From: a virus
Lineage: Duplodnaviria > Caudoviricetes
Direction: 5' to 3' (one strand)
IMG/VR virus record: IMGVR_UViG_3300031760_000032
Location: 15,788 to 79,787 of that record
DNA length: 64,000 bases
Shown: in pieces, positions 18,115-26,944 of the stretch
How the letters are laid out: the number at the start of each line of letters is the position of its first letter
Position numbering within the stretch: position 1 is the stretch's first letter
The notes under the pieces: generated by a model
The model's input: only the letters and a program-made list of their open reading frames with translations
Databases searched by the model: none
What the model was told of the DNA's origin: nothing
Position numbers and translations under genes: made by a program

Positions 18115-19842
18115 ATGTCTGAAAACGTAACTCTATCTGAGCTTGCTAACGGTGCTGTTCCTACTGCTACACCAGTTGGCATGCCAGCAAAGCCAAAGCT
18201 CAACACTAAAAATGTAAAGGAAGCTAATCTTGCCGAAGTTGTACTTCCTGGTGATGATGGTTCTGTAGTAGGTAAGGGTACAGGTAACCCAATGCTCGAT
18301 GCAGCATTTGAAGGTCTTGATTCTACTATTGATAGACTTGCTACAGAATCTACTGAACTTATCGAAAAGGGTAATGAAGAGAGAATTGAACAGGCTATCG
18401 AAAATGGTGATGCTGATATTGATGATGACGATGATGTTAATGTAATCGCTGCTCAAACAATTAAGGTTAATACATTTGATGATGTACAGCTTAAGAGTAC
18501 TTCTTCTAATCCTGTAGAAGTAGTAGCACCTTCTGAGACAGTATCCATTACTAAGCCAGCTATGGTAGAACAGGAAGTAGATGTATCTGCTCCAGTTGCT
18601 GGTACTAAGAAGGAAACCATTTCTATGGTGCAGGATGCGTCTGTATATGATGCTGTCAATGCTACAGATGATGAAGACGACCATCTTTTTGATGGTATCG
18701 ATGATGAAGATATGAAGTTCCTTGATGATGATGAATCTTCTGATGACACAACTGAGTCTGATGAAGAGGATGATGCTAAGGCAAAGCAGGAAGCTATTAA
18801 GCAGAATATCAGACAGGAAATTAATCATAACTTTAATCCTGTTGCTCATAAGCTTGACCTTAAGAATTTCACAATCTCTAAGAAGCCTATCAATGCTTCT
18901 AAGATTATCAATGAGATTAAGACTAGAGCTATTGAATGTGCAGATGGTGTTCTGTGGTCTGAAAAGCGTGCAGTAAGAATGTCTGCATTTAAGCCTATGG
19001 AAATTCAGTCTCTTGACCCACAGCTGCTTCGTGGTAATAATGCAAACTATAATAAGTTCATTGAGAATAAGCTTAAGCTTATCTATGAGCATATTATTGA
19101 TGCTAATAAGCCTAAGACTTTTGAAGCATGGGCTATGATTACACCTAATACTGTAATGGATGATTATATGTTTACTGCATATAAGGCTACATTCGGTACA
19201 GCAAACATTGTTACATTCAATTGTAATGATGATAATTGTAATAATATATTCATGGAAAATGTACCAGTACATTCTATGATTAAGTTTACCGATGATAAGA
19301 AGAAGGAAGAATATATGACTATCCTTACTCAGGGTAATACAGATTCTACCACTTCTGAATATAAGGTTGACCTATATCAAGCTTCCGATGATTATGTATT
19401 TGGTCTCAAGATTCCGTCTCTTTATAATACTTATATTGAACCTACTCTTGTTGACCAGAAATTCGCTTCTAAGTATGAAGACTTAATTCTTCTGTTGACT
19501 TATATTGATTCTGTATATAGAATTGATTATAATACTCGTCAACTTATTCCTATTGATACTAGACCTGTAGCTGATAAGGTACTTACTTATAAGCGTCGTG
19601 TAAAGACATATGCTACTATCCTTAAGTCTCTTACTTCTGACCAGCTTCAGGCACTTTCTGTAGAAACTGATAAGTATGATGCTGGTACACTCGATGATGA
19701 CGGTAATCTTGTTAGAGATATTACTTATGTATATCCTGAACGTCGTTGTCCTAAGTGTGGTAAGAAAATCGACGAGGTTGAGGTAAATCCTGATAACTTA
19801 CTTTTTACCAGACATCAGCTGGGTCTTATGAAAAAGATATAA
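18115..19842 (+). CDS. Baseplate hub / tail assembly protein (T4 gp26-like) with long acidic N-terminal extension
   Basis: Two CxxC-type pairs (CNDDNC, RCPKCG) in the C-terminal domain; follows the gp25-like gene. Confidence 0.55.
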   Translation: MSENVTLSELANGAVPTATPVGMPAKPKLNTKNVKEANLAEVVLPGDDGSVVGKGTGNPMLDAAFEGLDSTIDRLATESTELIEKGNEERIEQAIENGDADIDDDDDVNVIAAQTIKVNTFDDVQLKSTSSNPVEVVAPSETVSITKPAMVEQEVDVSAPVAGTKKETISMVQDASVYDAVNATDDEDDHLFDGIDDEDMKFLDDDESSDDTTESDEEDDAKAKQEAIKQNIRQEINHNFNPVAHKLDLKNFTISKKPINASKIINEIKTRAIECADGVLWSEKRAVRMSAFKPMEIQSLDPQLLRGNNANYNKFIENKLKLIYEHIIDANKPKTFEAWAMITPNTVMDDYMFTAYKATFGTANIVTFNCNDDNCNNIFMENVPVHSMIKFTDDKKKEEYMTILTQGNTDSTTSEYKVDLYQASDDYVFGLKIPSLYNTYIEPTLVDQKFASKYEDLILLLTYIDSVYRIDYNTRQLIPIDTRPVADKVLTYKRRVKTYATILKSLTSDQLQALSVETDKYDAGTLDDDGNLVRDITYVYPERRCPKCGKKIDEVEVNPDNLLFTRHQLGLMKKI

Positions 19843-20033
19843 GAAAACTTGAACAATTAAGCACTTATTATAAAGGACGGGTATCTCTTATGGAATTATA
19901 TGAGATGCCCGTTGCTATGTGTCAAGTCTTATATATGATTGCCTTCGAAAAAATGCAAAGTGAAGAAGGTAAGAAAGAAGCTCAAGCTGATGCTGTAGAA
20001 GAAGTAATGGAAGAGGGAGGGTTAATACCATAA
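19797..20033 (+). CDS. Unannotated ORF in the -1 frame of the gp26-like gene (gp51-like / frameshift extension)
   Basis: Open frame ...KLEQLSTYYKGRVSLMELYEMPVAMCQVLYMIAFEK...; its stop TAA overlaps the ATG of the next gene. Confidence 0.6.
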   Translation, partial: LTFYQTSAGSYEKDIRKLEQLSTYYKGRVSLMELYEMPVAMCQVLYMIAFEKMQSEEGKKEAQADAVEEVMEEGGLIP

Positions 20034-20344
20034 TGACCAACGATATCTTGAGTTTTACAAAACAAATATCTGGTATTGACCTTGTCGATTACGTTATAAA
20101 CTACGTTGACCAAAATATGATTGCATACTCATTGCTCAAAAACATGAGTTTTGATATTAAGACTTGTGTTGATGGTACATGTGTAGTATATGATATTAGC
20201 AATCTATCTGACATTGATATGACTACTATCAAGTCATTACCAGATAATCAAATTGTATATCTATATGGAAAAGCATATAGAGTAGAGTTTGCAATACAAG
20301 ATGGTTACAACAAGCTACTGATTACTATTATGCTTTTGAATTAA
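20033..20344 (+). CDS. Hypothetical protein
   Basis: GGAGG RBS, translationally coupled. Confidence 0.7.
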   Translation: MTNDILSFTKQISGIDLVDYVINYVDQNMIAYSLLKNMSFDIKTCVDGTCVVYDISNLSDIDMTTIKSLPDNQIVYLYGKAYRVEFAIQDGYNKLLITIMLLN

Positions 20345-20351
20345 TATATAC

Positions 20352-20383
20352 GATGCTAGACTTTGGTCTAGCATCTTTCTTTT
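20352..20383 (+). terminator. Intrinsic terminator
   Basis: gatgctagac/gtctagcatc stem plus T run. Confidence 0.8.
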
Positions 20384-20389
20384 GTATTA

Positions 20390-20404
20390 TATATTATATT
20401 AGCG
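20390..20404 (+). promoter_or_regulatory. Class A promoter
   Basis: TATATTAT-atta-GCG followed by the cgatagt/actatcg hairpin. Confidence 0.65.
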
Positions 20405-20451
20405 ATAGTACATAACACTATCGTAAAATATTTTGAAAGGAGCATGTTATC

Positions 20452-21078
20452 ATGCAAAAAGAACAATACAATCTTAATAACCCAATGGAAAGGGCTAGAA
20501 TCATAATTGATTCTTTAAATAATTTTAAATGCAAAAAGGTGATTCTAATGGCACCAGCATCACTTACTTATACGTTCAATAACATTGTAGAAGCATTAGA
20601 GTTCATATTCTACCATACACAAGAGGTAGACTATAGAGGTACATTCCTCGAAGCTCATATTACAGAAAGACCTTGTAATGTTTATATAAGGTCTGATTAT
20701 GGGTCTTATACAATTAAGAAACTTTCAGACTTCGAATATAAATATGACCCTAACGAAGATGAAAGATTCGTTAGCGATGAGAAATTCAAGATTGAACTTA
20801 TGGAAAGAGAGTTCAACAGCCAATTCACAACTAATGAGCTTGAAGATAGAATGACAAATCAAGCTCTTGATATGCTCAATGATTCTAATATGCACACTAT
20901 GATTGAGCATAAACTAGAACAGTTCCTTAACCGTTATTTTAACGGTCAGTGGTTATCATATTGTGTTGAGTCTAGACAACTCGATGCAATTTCTACACAG
21001 TATACTTTACGTGTAAAGTATAATAGTGGTGAAACAATAGAGTTGAATAAGCCACAGATATCTCTTAAGAAGAAGTAA
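20452..21078 (+). CDS. Hypothetical protein
   Basis: AAAGGAG RBS; standalone unit with its own promoter and terminator. Confidence 0.75.
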   Translation: MQKEQYNLNNPMERARIIIDSLNNFKCKKVILMAPASLTYTFNNIVEALEFIFYHTQEVDYRGTFLEAHITERPCNVYIRSDYGSYTIKKLSDFEYKYDPNEDERFVSDEKFKIELMEREFNSQFTTNELEDRMTNQALDMLNDSNMHTMIEHKLEQFLNRYFNGQWLSYCVESRQLDAISTQYTLRVKYNSGETIELNKPQISLKKK

Positions 21079-21082
21079 ATAT

Positions 21083-21113
21083 AAAGGGTGGTTAACTCCA
21101 CCCTTTGTTTTTT
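21083..21113 (+). terminator. Intrinsic terminator
   Basis: aaagggtgg/ccacccttt stem plus T run. Confidence 0.8.
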
Positions 21114-21122
21114 GGTATCTTT

Positions 21123-21134
21123 AACATTTAAGTA
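21123..21134 (+). promoter_or_regulatory. Class B promoter
   Basis: AACA-tttaag-TA. Confidence 0.6.
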
Positions 21135-21154
21135 ATATGAAGGGAGGAGATTAT

Positions 21155-21931
21155 ATGCCAATTAATAAGATGAATCTCTTGCTTAACAAGATAGAAAGGC
21201 GTCTAGGAACAAAGCCATTAATGCTTCCTGAAGATATTGCCAAGGATAAGTGGGTAGATGAAGTAATTATTCCAGACACACTATTAACGTTTAGTCGTTA
21301 CTTTCCTCATATGGTAAGGATTATGGTTGATACTAATGATAAAGCTAATAAGAGGAATGGTTATTTTTTAATTAATACGGATTTGCTCGGTGGTGCTGAA
21401 TTGCTTGGCGTAAGAGATATTGCGTGGGATGTATATGGAAAAGAAGATGCATTAGCACAACAATCATCTTTAGGATATTATGATTATATGTCAGCATATA
21501 ATAATTACAGCATGGATGATACGATGCTCTTAAGCGGTAGGGCAGATATGACATCTGTATTTAATAATACTATATTTGTAGATTTTAAAGAGCCTAATAT
21601 GATTAGATTACAGAGTGTTACGACAGGAGACATAACTGGAGGCTTAGGTTGCATACCTTTAGATTGTTTTGTTACACATCCTGTTAATTTAATGACTATT
21701 TCACCTACTAAAATGGGTGTATTTGAAAATCTTGCTACAGCAGATGTAGCATCTTTTCTAGTAGCATATTTACAACACTATGATGGACTTGAAACAGTGT
21801 TTGCTGGTGTTGACCTTAAATTAAACTTCCTTGAAAATTGGGCTGGTCGTAGAGAAGATTTCATAAATGAACTTAAGGAAGCATATGTTAGTCCTAGTAA
21901 TGATAATCAGCCAATTATGTATTGTGTTTAA
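21155..21931 (+). CDS. Putative neck / head-tail adaptor protein (T4 gp13-like)
   Basis: N-terminal LLNKIERRLG..L resembles the gp13 ILRRLGAP motif; class B promoter. Confidence 0.45.
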   Translation: MPINKMNLLLNKIERRLGTKPLMLPEDIAKDKWVDEVIIPDTLLTFSRYFPHMVRIMVDTNDKANKRNGYFLINTDLLGGAELLGVRDIAWDVYGKEDALAQQSSLGYYDYMSAYNNYSMDDTMLLSGRADMTSVFNNTIFVDFKEPNMIRLQSVTTGDITGGLGCIPLDCFVTHPVNLMTISPTKMGVFENLATADVASFLVAYLQHYDGLETVFAGVDLKLNFLENWAGRREDFINELKEAYVSPSNDNQPIMYCV

Positions 21932-21946
21932 AATAATCATTATTTG

Positions 21947-21961
21947 TATATTATATTTGTG
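21947..21961 (+). promoter_or_regulatory. Class A promoter
   Basis: TATATTAT-attt-GTG followed by the gtgatagga/tcctatcac hairpin. Confidence 0.65.
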
Positions 21962-22015
21962 ATAGGACCCAGTTCCTATCACAAATATTTTATCTAGAAA
22001 GGAGGTGTCTTCATA

Positions 22016-22380
22016 ATGGAGAACAAAATTACAATGACTACGAATAATAACGGTTCACGTTATCCTTTTGACGATGAATCAAAAGATGTTTTTAATGTCA
22101 CTCTTCATGTTGACAAAAAAGCTCTTGAAGGGATGACATATGGACAGATTATCGCTGCAATTACATTGGCAGTATCGGAAAAGTTAGTTGTAGCACCGTC
22201 CAAAAGAACATTCTATCCCCAAGGGTTGTACAATATTAATGTAAAATCAATACTATTGTAGAACCCGATAGTATCTGCTTGGTAATGGAGAATAATCCAT
22301 TTGAACCAACAGATAAAGATAATATTGGACCTTTCAGCATCGTAGTTGAAGCTGGAGAATTTATGGGTCCTGAAGATTGA
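22016..22380 (+). CDS. Hypothetical protein, apparently continuing in the -1 frame from about 22246
   Basis: The -1 frame is open from 22246 to 22380 and ends in the RBS of the next gene. Confidence 0.55.
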
Positions 22381-22389
22381 GGTGATATT

Positions 22390-22647
22390 ATGAAATCTAA
22401 TTATCGTCCTAAACCAGAGTTTTTATGGAATGAGAAGAAACAGATTTTGGATACTGTAACAACCAATGAAAAGTTATTGTACAATAGTCTTATACCATAT
22501 AAACATATAAAGTTCATAAGTGAACATCCTGATGAGTTTATTACCAGTTCTAATAATGGTGATGGTACTCATATTGCTACGATGACTTTACAAACTCTTT
22601 GTAAGCTTATGATGAGCACTGATAAACAACATAAAGGAGGAAAATAA
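22390..22647 (+). CDS. Hypothetical protein
   Basis: GAGGTG RBS. Confidence 0.7.
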   Translation: MKSNYRPKPEFLWNEKKQILDTVTTNEKLLYNSLIPYKHIKFISEHPDEFITSSNNGDGTHIATMTLQTLCKLMMSTDKQHKGGK

Positions 22648-22651
22648 TAAT

Positions 22652-22996
22652 ATGAATAAGGGAACAGTAATAGCTGAAAACACAGGCAAGACTTACAAGC
22701 AGCTCAAGGAGTTCGGTCTCTTTGAACTCATGCCAAACGGATTTAACGTATATCTCGATGATGAAGATATCGTTAAATCCGATGACTCATACTATGCTCA
22801 TTTTGAGTATAGTTTAGATGAGGGTGTATATAAGACACCTAATGGTATTGTATTAACTTCAGAAGAATTAATGGAGTCCAATGTGACTTTCATTGGTTCT
22901 GACCCTATGGGTGATTTCGAAGTGCCTGCATTATGGATTATTCCAAATGATGCATGGTATGAAAAACAGAAGAGAATTGATGAAGCCCTAAAATAA
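22652..22996 (+). CDS. Hypothetical protein
   Basis: AAAGGAGG RBS. Confidence 0.7.
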   Translation: MNKGTVIAENTGKTYKQLKEFGLFELMPNGFNVYLDDEDIVKSDDSYYAHFEYSLDEGVYKTPNGIVLTSEELMESNVTFIGSDPMGDFEVPALWIIPNDAWYEKQKRIDEALK

Positions 22997-23034
22997 TATG
23001 TCTAAACAGACATATTATAAGTTATTAAGAAAAT

Positions 23035-23073
23035 ACGTCAGCGTACCAATAGAGTACGCTGACGTTCATTTTT
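23035..23073 (+). terminator. Intrinsic terminator
   Basis: acgtcagcgtac/gtacgctgacgt 12-bp stem. Confidence 0.85.
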
Positions 23074-23100
23074 CCTTATTTTTTGTTTTAACGAACAGAT

Positions 23101-23112
23101 AACATTGAAGTA
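23101..23112 (+). promoter_or_regulatory. Class B promoter
   Basis: AACA-ttgaag-TA. Confidence 0.55.
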
Positions 23113-23141
23113 AACCAAATAAGAAAGGAGTCGTGTTTATC

Positions 23142-23645
23142 ATGACTGTAAAAGAATTTAAAGAAATATTTAAAGGAGATATAAAATTCTTTGATTATGT
23201 AACTGGAAAAGCTATTGGTGAAGAATTTAAAACAGAGAAAAATGAATCACTACAAGAACTGGAAATCGCTAATATAGAATTAGGAATTAAAGCTAATTCT
23301 ACTAACAGCAGACCAAAATATTCTGCTAGCAAAAGCGAAGAATATTCAGCTTATGTGAAAGTTTTTGTAGACATTGATACAAAAACACTTAAAATGAGAG
23401 AAGCTGTTAGAACTGTCGCTATGTCTCTATATAATACTTGGTATATTAGAGATACTGGAGATAATCTCTTATATACAAATGATGAATATTTTAAAGGCGA
23501 TGCAGACCCAAGATATATAGCGAATATAAAAGATTTACAAGTTAAGATTCTTAATTCTTTAGTAACTAAAATCAGAACTACTTTGTATAAAGATACTTCC
23601 AAATGGTCTATTACATTTAATATTATTAATGAAGAAGAGGAGTGA
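23142..23645 (+). CDS. Tandem paralog family member 1 (MTVKE N-terminus)
   Basis: Aligns by eye with 23652-24125. Confidence 0.75.
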   Translation: MTVKEFKEIFKGDIKFFDYVTGKAIGEEFKTEKNESLQELEIANIELGIKANSTNSRPKYSASKSEEYSAYVKVFVDIDTKTLKMREAVRTVAMSLYNTWYIRDTGDNLLYTNDEYFKGDADPRYIANIKDLQVKILNSLVTKIRTTLYKDTSKWSITFNIINEEEE

Positions 23646-23651
23646 GTTATC

Positions 23652-24125
23652 ATGACTGTAAAAGAACTCAAAGATTTAATTACAGATATGAATAAGGTAA
23701 ACTTTATCGACATCGTATCTGGTAAACAAGTATCTATGCCTACAAACAAAGATGGCTCTATCAGGTCTAACTGGGAAAAGTTAGAGATTATCAAGCTACA
23801 ACCAACCAGTAATATCGCAACCACTTATGACGGCTATAAACCAATGCTAAATGCTTATGTTGACCTGAAATATAAAACACTCACTTTAAGAGAACTCATC
23901 GATACTATGAGATTAGAGTTTGACTATAGAGAGTGGCAAATCAAGACTTTTGAAAATATACTCTATACAAACGACGAAGTAATGAGTGGAAGCAATGTTT
24001 TCTTAGATGATATTTCCAAATTACCTAGAGACATGATGGATAATATGATTGTACAAAATATTGCCTTTATTATTAATGGAGGCGGTAAGATAGTAATTAC
24101 TGTTTTACCTAGAAGTAAGGAGTGA
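23652..24125 (+). CDS. Tandem paralog family member 2
   Basis: Shared MTVKE.., FxDxVxGK, KTLxxRE and LYTNDE motifs. Confidence 0.75.
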   Translation: MTVKELKDLITDMNKVNFIDIVSGKQVSMPTNKDGSIRSNWEKLEIIKLQPTSNIATTYDGYKPMLNAYVDLKYKTLTLRELIDTMRLEFDYREWQIKTFENILYTNDEVMSGSNVFLDDISKLPRDMMDNMIVQNIAFIINGGGKIVITVLPRSKE

Positions 24126-24131
24126 GTTATC

Positions 24132-24356
24132 ATGACCTTAAAAGAAGTATTGAAGAATTTGTCTGGTTATTACTTTATTCTTGATAAGGATACTGAGTGT
24201 ATTTGTACAAACCATCAAGACTATATTGATGAGTTGCCAGAAGCTACAGAAGAAATCTTAAAACAATATGAAGATTATGAAGTTTATAAGATATCCTCAT
24301 CATATGATGGATGGTCTGACCCATGGATTGATTTATATATCGATAAGGAGAGTTAA
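24132..24356 (+). CDS. Tandem paralog family member 3 (short, MTLKE N-terminus)
   Basis: Same 18-bp RBS/start module as the 23652 gene. Confidence 0.7.
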   Translation: MTLKEVLKNLSGYYFILDKDTECICTNHQDYIDELPEATEEILKQYEDYEVYKISSSYDGWSDPWIDLYIDKES

Positions 24357-24357
24357 T

Positions 24358-24891
24358 ATGGAGTTATTTACACTCAACTCTAATGGAACAGTACCTTTAA
24401 CTACAATGATAGAGGCACTTGAAAGAAGAAAATGCCGTTATGTAGTGAATCTCTTCGATGAGTTCTATGGAAATTATAGTAAATGGGCATCAGACCCAGT
24501 GTTATATGATGACTTTACCCATAACTTCTTAGAGATTCGTAGAGGGGATGATAAAGAAACTATTGTAAAGAGAACGCTTCAAGAAGCTATTCCTAATATA
24601 GAGGATGTAGTTGTTGATGGTATAATACCGACGCATTTCTCTACAGAAGGTTCTTTCATGATAGTAGACCCAGAATATGAGCATTACTATATAATATACT
24701 GTAGACATAAATCTCAGTATGATGAATTTTTGAATTTCTTGCTCGGTCCACCAATGGACTTCAATAAACTTACATCTAGTCTTGCTAAAGTAGATGCGTT
24801 TGAGAAGAGTCTTATTGGATGGAAAGAGGCTCGCAAATACGGAATGAACGAAAAGGACTTATTAAAGTCATATTATAAGGAGGGAAACTAA
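24358..24891 (+). CDS. Hypothetical protein
   Basis: Start at 24358 after AAGGAG. Confidence 0.7.
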   Translation: MELFTLNSNGTVPLTTMIEALERRKCRYVVNLFDEFYGNYSKWASDPVLYDDFTHNFLEIRRGDDKETIVKRTLQEAIPNIEDVVVDGIIPTHFSTEGSFMIVDPEYEHYYIIYCRHKSQYDEFLNFLLGPPMDFNKLTSSLAKVDAFEKSLIGWKEARKYGMNEKDLLKSYYKEGN

Positions 24892-24892
24892 T

Positions 24893-25453
24893 ATGGATAA
24901 GAAGAAGATTACATTAGGTGACATTAAGTCACTGATTATGTATACACCTACATATTTATTATTCGATAGAGATGAGAATGCAATTGATTCTACGACTATA
25001 TCATTATCAGGGCATGAAACTATTAACGATATTCCTGTAAAAGGCATATATGCAGAGGGTGGTATTATCTGTATAGTATTGGACTATAAACAAGATATCA
25101 TCAAGGAGTTAGGTATACAGGATACTGACGTTCAACTTAGTGCTATACTTGCTATACTGATTAAGAGTGCACAACATATAAAGGTAGTAGAAACAATTAA
25201 CAAAACAACATGTACAGGTAATACCATATTCTCTATCAATGCAAATGGTGAGCTAAACTATAATTCATACTTTGAGTATATGCTTACTAAATTCAGTGAG
25301 ACTGATAAAGATACTGAAAAGGCTAAGGCTATAAGAGAAGGAGTCAAAGACAAGATAAAAGAAGTCATGCAGTACAATGTTAATAATGTAGAAGCTAAAA
25401 AAGATGAGTTTACTGATATAATATATTATATCGTATACATATCTAAAGACTAA
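24893..25453 (+). CDS. Hypothetical protein
   Basis: AAGGAGG RBS. Confidence 0.7.
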   Translation: MDKKKITLGDIKSLIMYTPTYLLFDRDENAIDSTTISLSGHETINDIPVKGIYAEGGIICIVLDYKQDIIKELGIQDTDVQLSAILAILIKSAQHIKVVETINKTTCTGNTIFSINANGELNYNSYFEYMLTKFSETDKDTEKAKAIREGVKDKIKEVMQYNVNNVEAKKDEFTDIIYYIVYISKD

Positions 25454-25463
25454 GGAGGATAAT

Positions 25464-26174
25464 ATGATGCAGGTAATTAAACGTGACGGTAAGACAATTG
25501 AAGAATTTGATGACAATAAGATACGTACTGCAATTATGAAAGCAGTAGAAGGCTCACATTCTAAGGAAGAGCTTAAAGAGAGATTTGATGAGTCAAAACT
25601 AAACGACTTAATAGCAAAAATCTGGCTTGATATAGTGCTTCAGTGCAATAAGTCTGAATTAATGGATGACAGAGTTGCCATTGAAGTAGAGAAGATTCAG
25701 GATATTGTAGAACGTAATCTTATCAAAGCTGGCTTTGCTGATACTGCTAAAGCATATATCTTATATCGTAGAAAGAGAGACGAAATTCGTAGTACGAGAG
25801 ATAGTATCTCTAAAACAATCTCTGATGTACTTATGAGTGACTCTAAAGACAGTGATACTAAACGTGAGAATGCTAATATTGACGGTAATACAGCTATGGG
25901 TACTATGCTGCAGGTTGGTGCTAATGTATCCAAGAATTATTATCTCAATAATATGATGAGTAAAGATATTGCTAAAGCGCATATTGATGGATATATTCAT
26001 ATTCACGACCTTGACTTCTATAAACTTACAGTTACTTGTTGTCAAATTGATTTTGAGAAACTTGCTAAGGGTGGTTTTAATACAGGTCACGGTTATTTAA
26101 GAGAACCGCAGTCGATTGGCTCTTATGCTACTCTTGCAGCTATTGCAATTCAATCAGACCAAAATGATTGCCAT
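25464..26174 (+). CDS. nrdD: Anaerobic ribonucleoside-triphosphate reductase, exon 1 (includes the ATP-cone)
   Basis: VIKRDG ATP-cone, AHIDGYIHIHDLD; ends at QSDQNDCH. Confidence 0.95.
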
Positions 26175-26636
26175 AGTTTCTGTGGCTCTATTCAGAAATG
26201 AATAGATAAAAACGGCGTGAACCTGTTTATCAGCAGGGTGTAAAAGAATCGTTAAGATTTGAGTAGTAAATGACTCATTAATTCTTTTGCTAACGGGGGA
26301 TACACCAGAATCCCGTGCCAAGCTTCTTCTATAATCTCACTACTATTATATTAGGTGGTGATATTATGATTAAAATAAATGAACTCTATAGCTTAGAGAA
26401 TATATCAGATTGTTATTATGTAAACGATAATCATATTAAAAATACTTATGGTATATTAAGAATAGAGATTATAGAAGATAGAAGGTCTAGAGACTATCGA
26501 AAGGATATATATCTCGCTTAAGGAGATTGAAAACCGAGTAGAGTAGGGCTGAGATTGATACAGACCCAAAGTGCGTCGGAGCTGACCGCTTGAAGGCGAA
26601 GCTCATGATATAGTCCTGGTTATGTAGTGTAACCAG
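26175..26636 (+). mobile_element. Group I intron 1 in nrdD (462 nt)
   Basis: P1 gccaT/Gtggc with U.G wobble; P7 GACTA/TAGTC; P9 ctggtta/taaccag; terminal G; splicing restores NDCH-GGQSIPNFD. Confidence 0.92.
26366..26521 (+). pseudogene. Probable remnant of an intron-encoded endonuclease gene
   Basis: RBS plus a 51-codon ORF in an intron loop that runs into the P7 core. Confidence 0.4.
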
Positions 26637-26944
26637 GGTGGACAATCTATTCCTAATTTTGATTATTCTATGACACCAGGTATCTATAAATCATTCAGAA
26701 AAGCACTAAAACGTAATACTGATAAATTCAATGAGTTTAATGCTGAAGAAGAACTCAGTATAGTAGATAATGATATGAATGACGAATATATTGATAAACT
26801 TCTTGTTGATGATATGGATTGGAATGGTAATCTTAGAAAGATTCTAAATGTCACTAGAAAAGACTTAGAGCGTGAGTGTTATCAAGCTATGGAGGGATTT
26901 GTTCATAATCTTAATACACTTCATTCTAGAGCAGGTGGACAGGT
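26637..26944 (+). CDS. nrdD: nrdD exon 2
   Basis: GGQSIPNFDY...HNLNTLHSRAGGQ(V). Confidence 0.92.
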
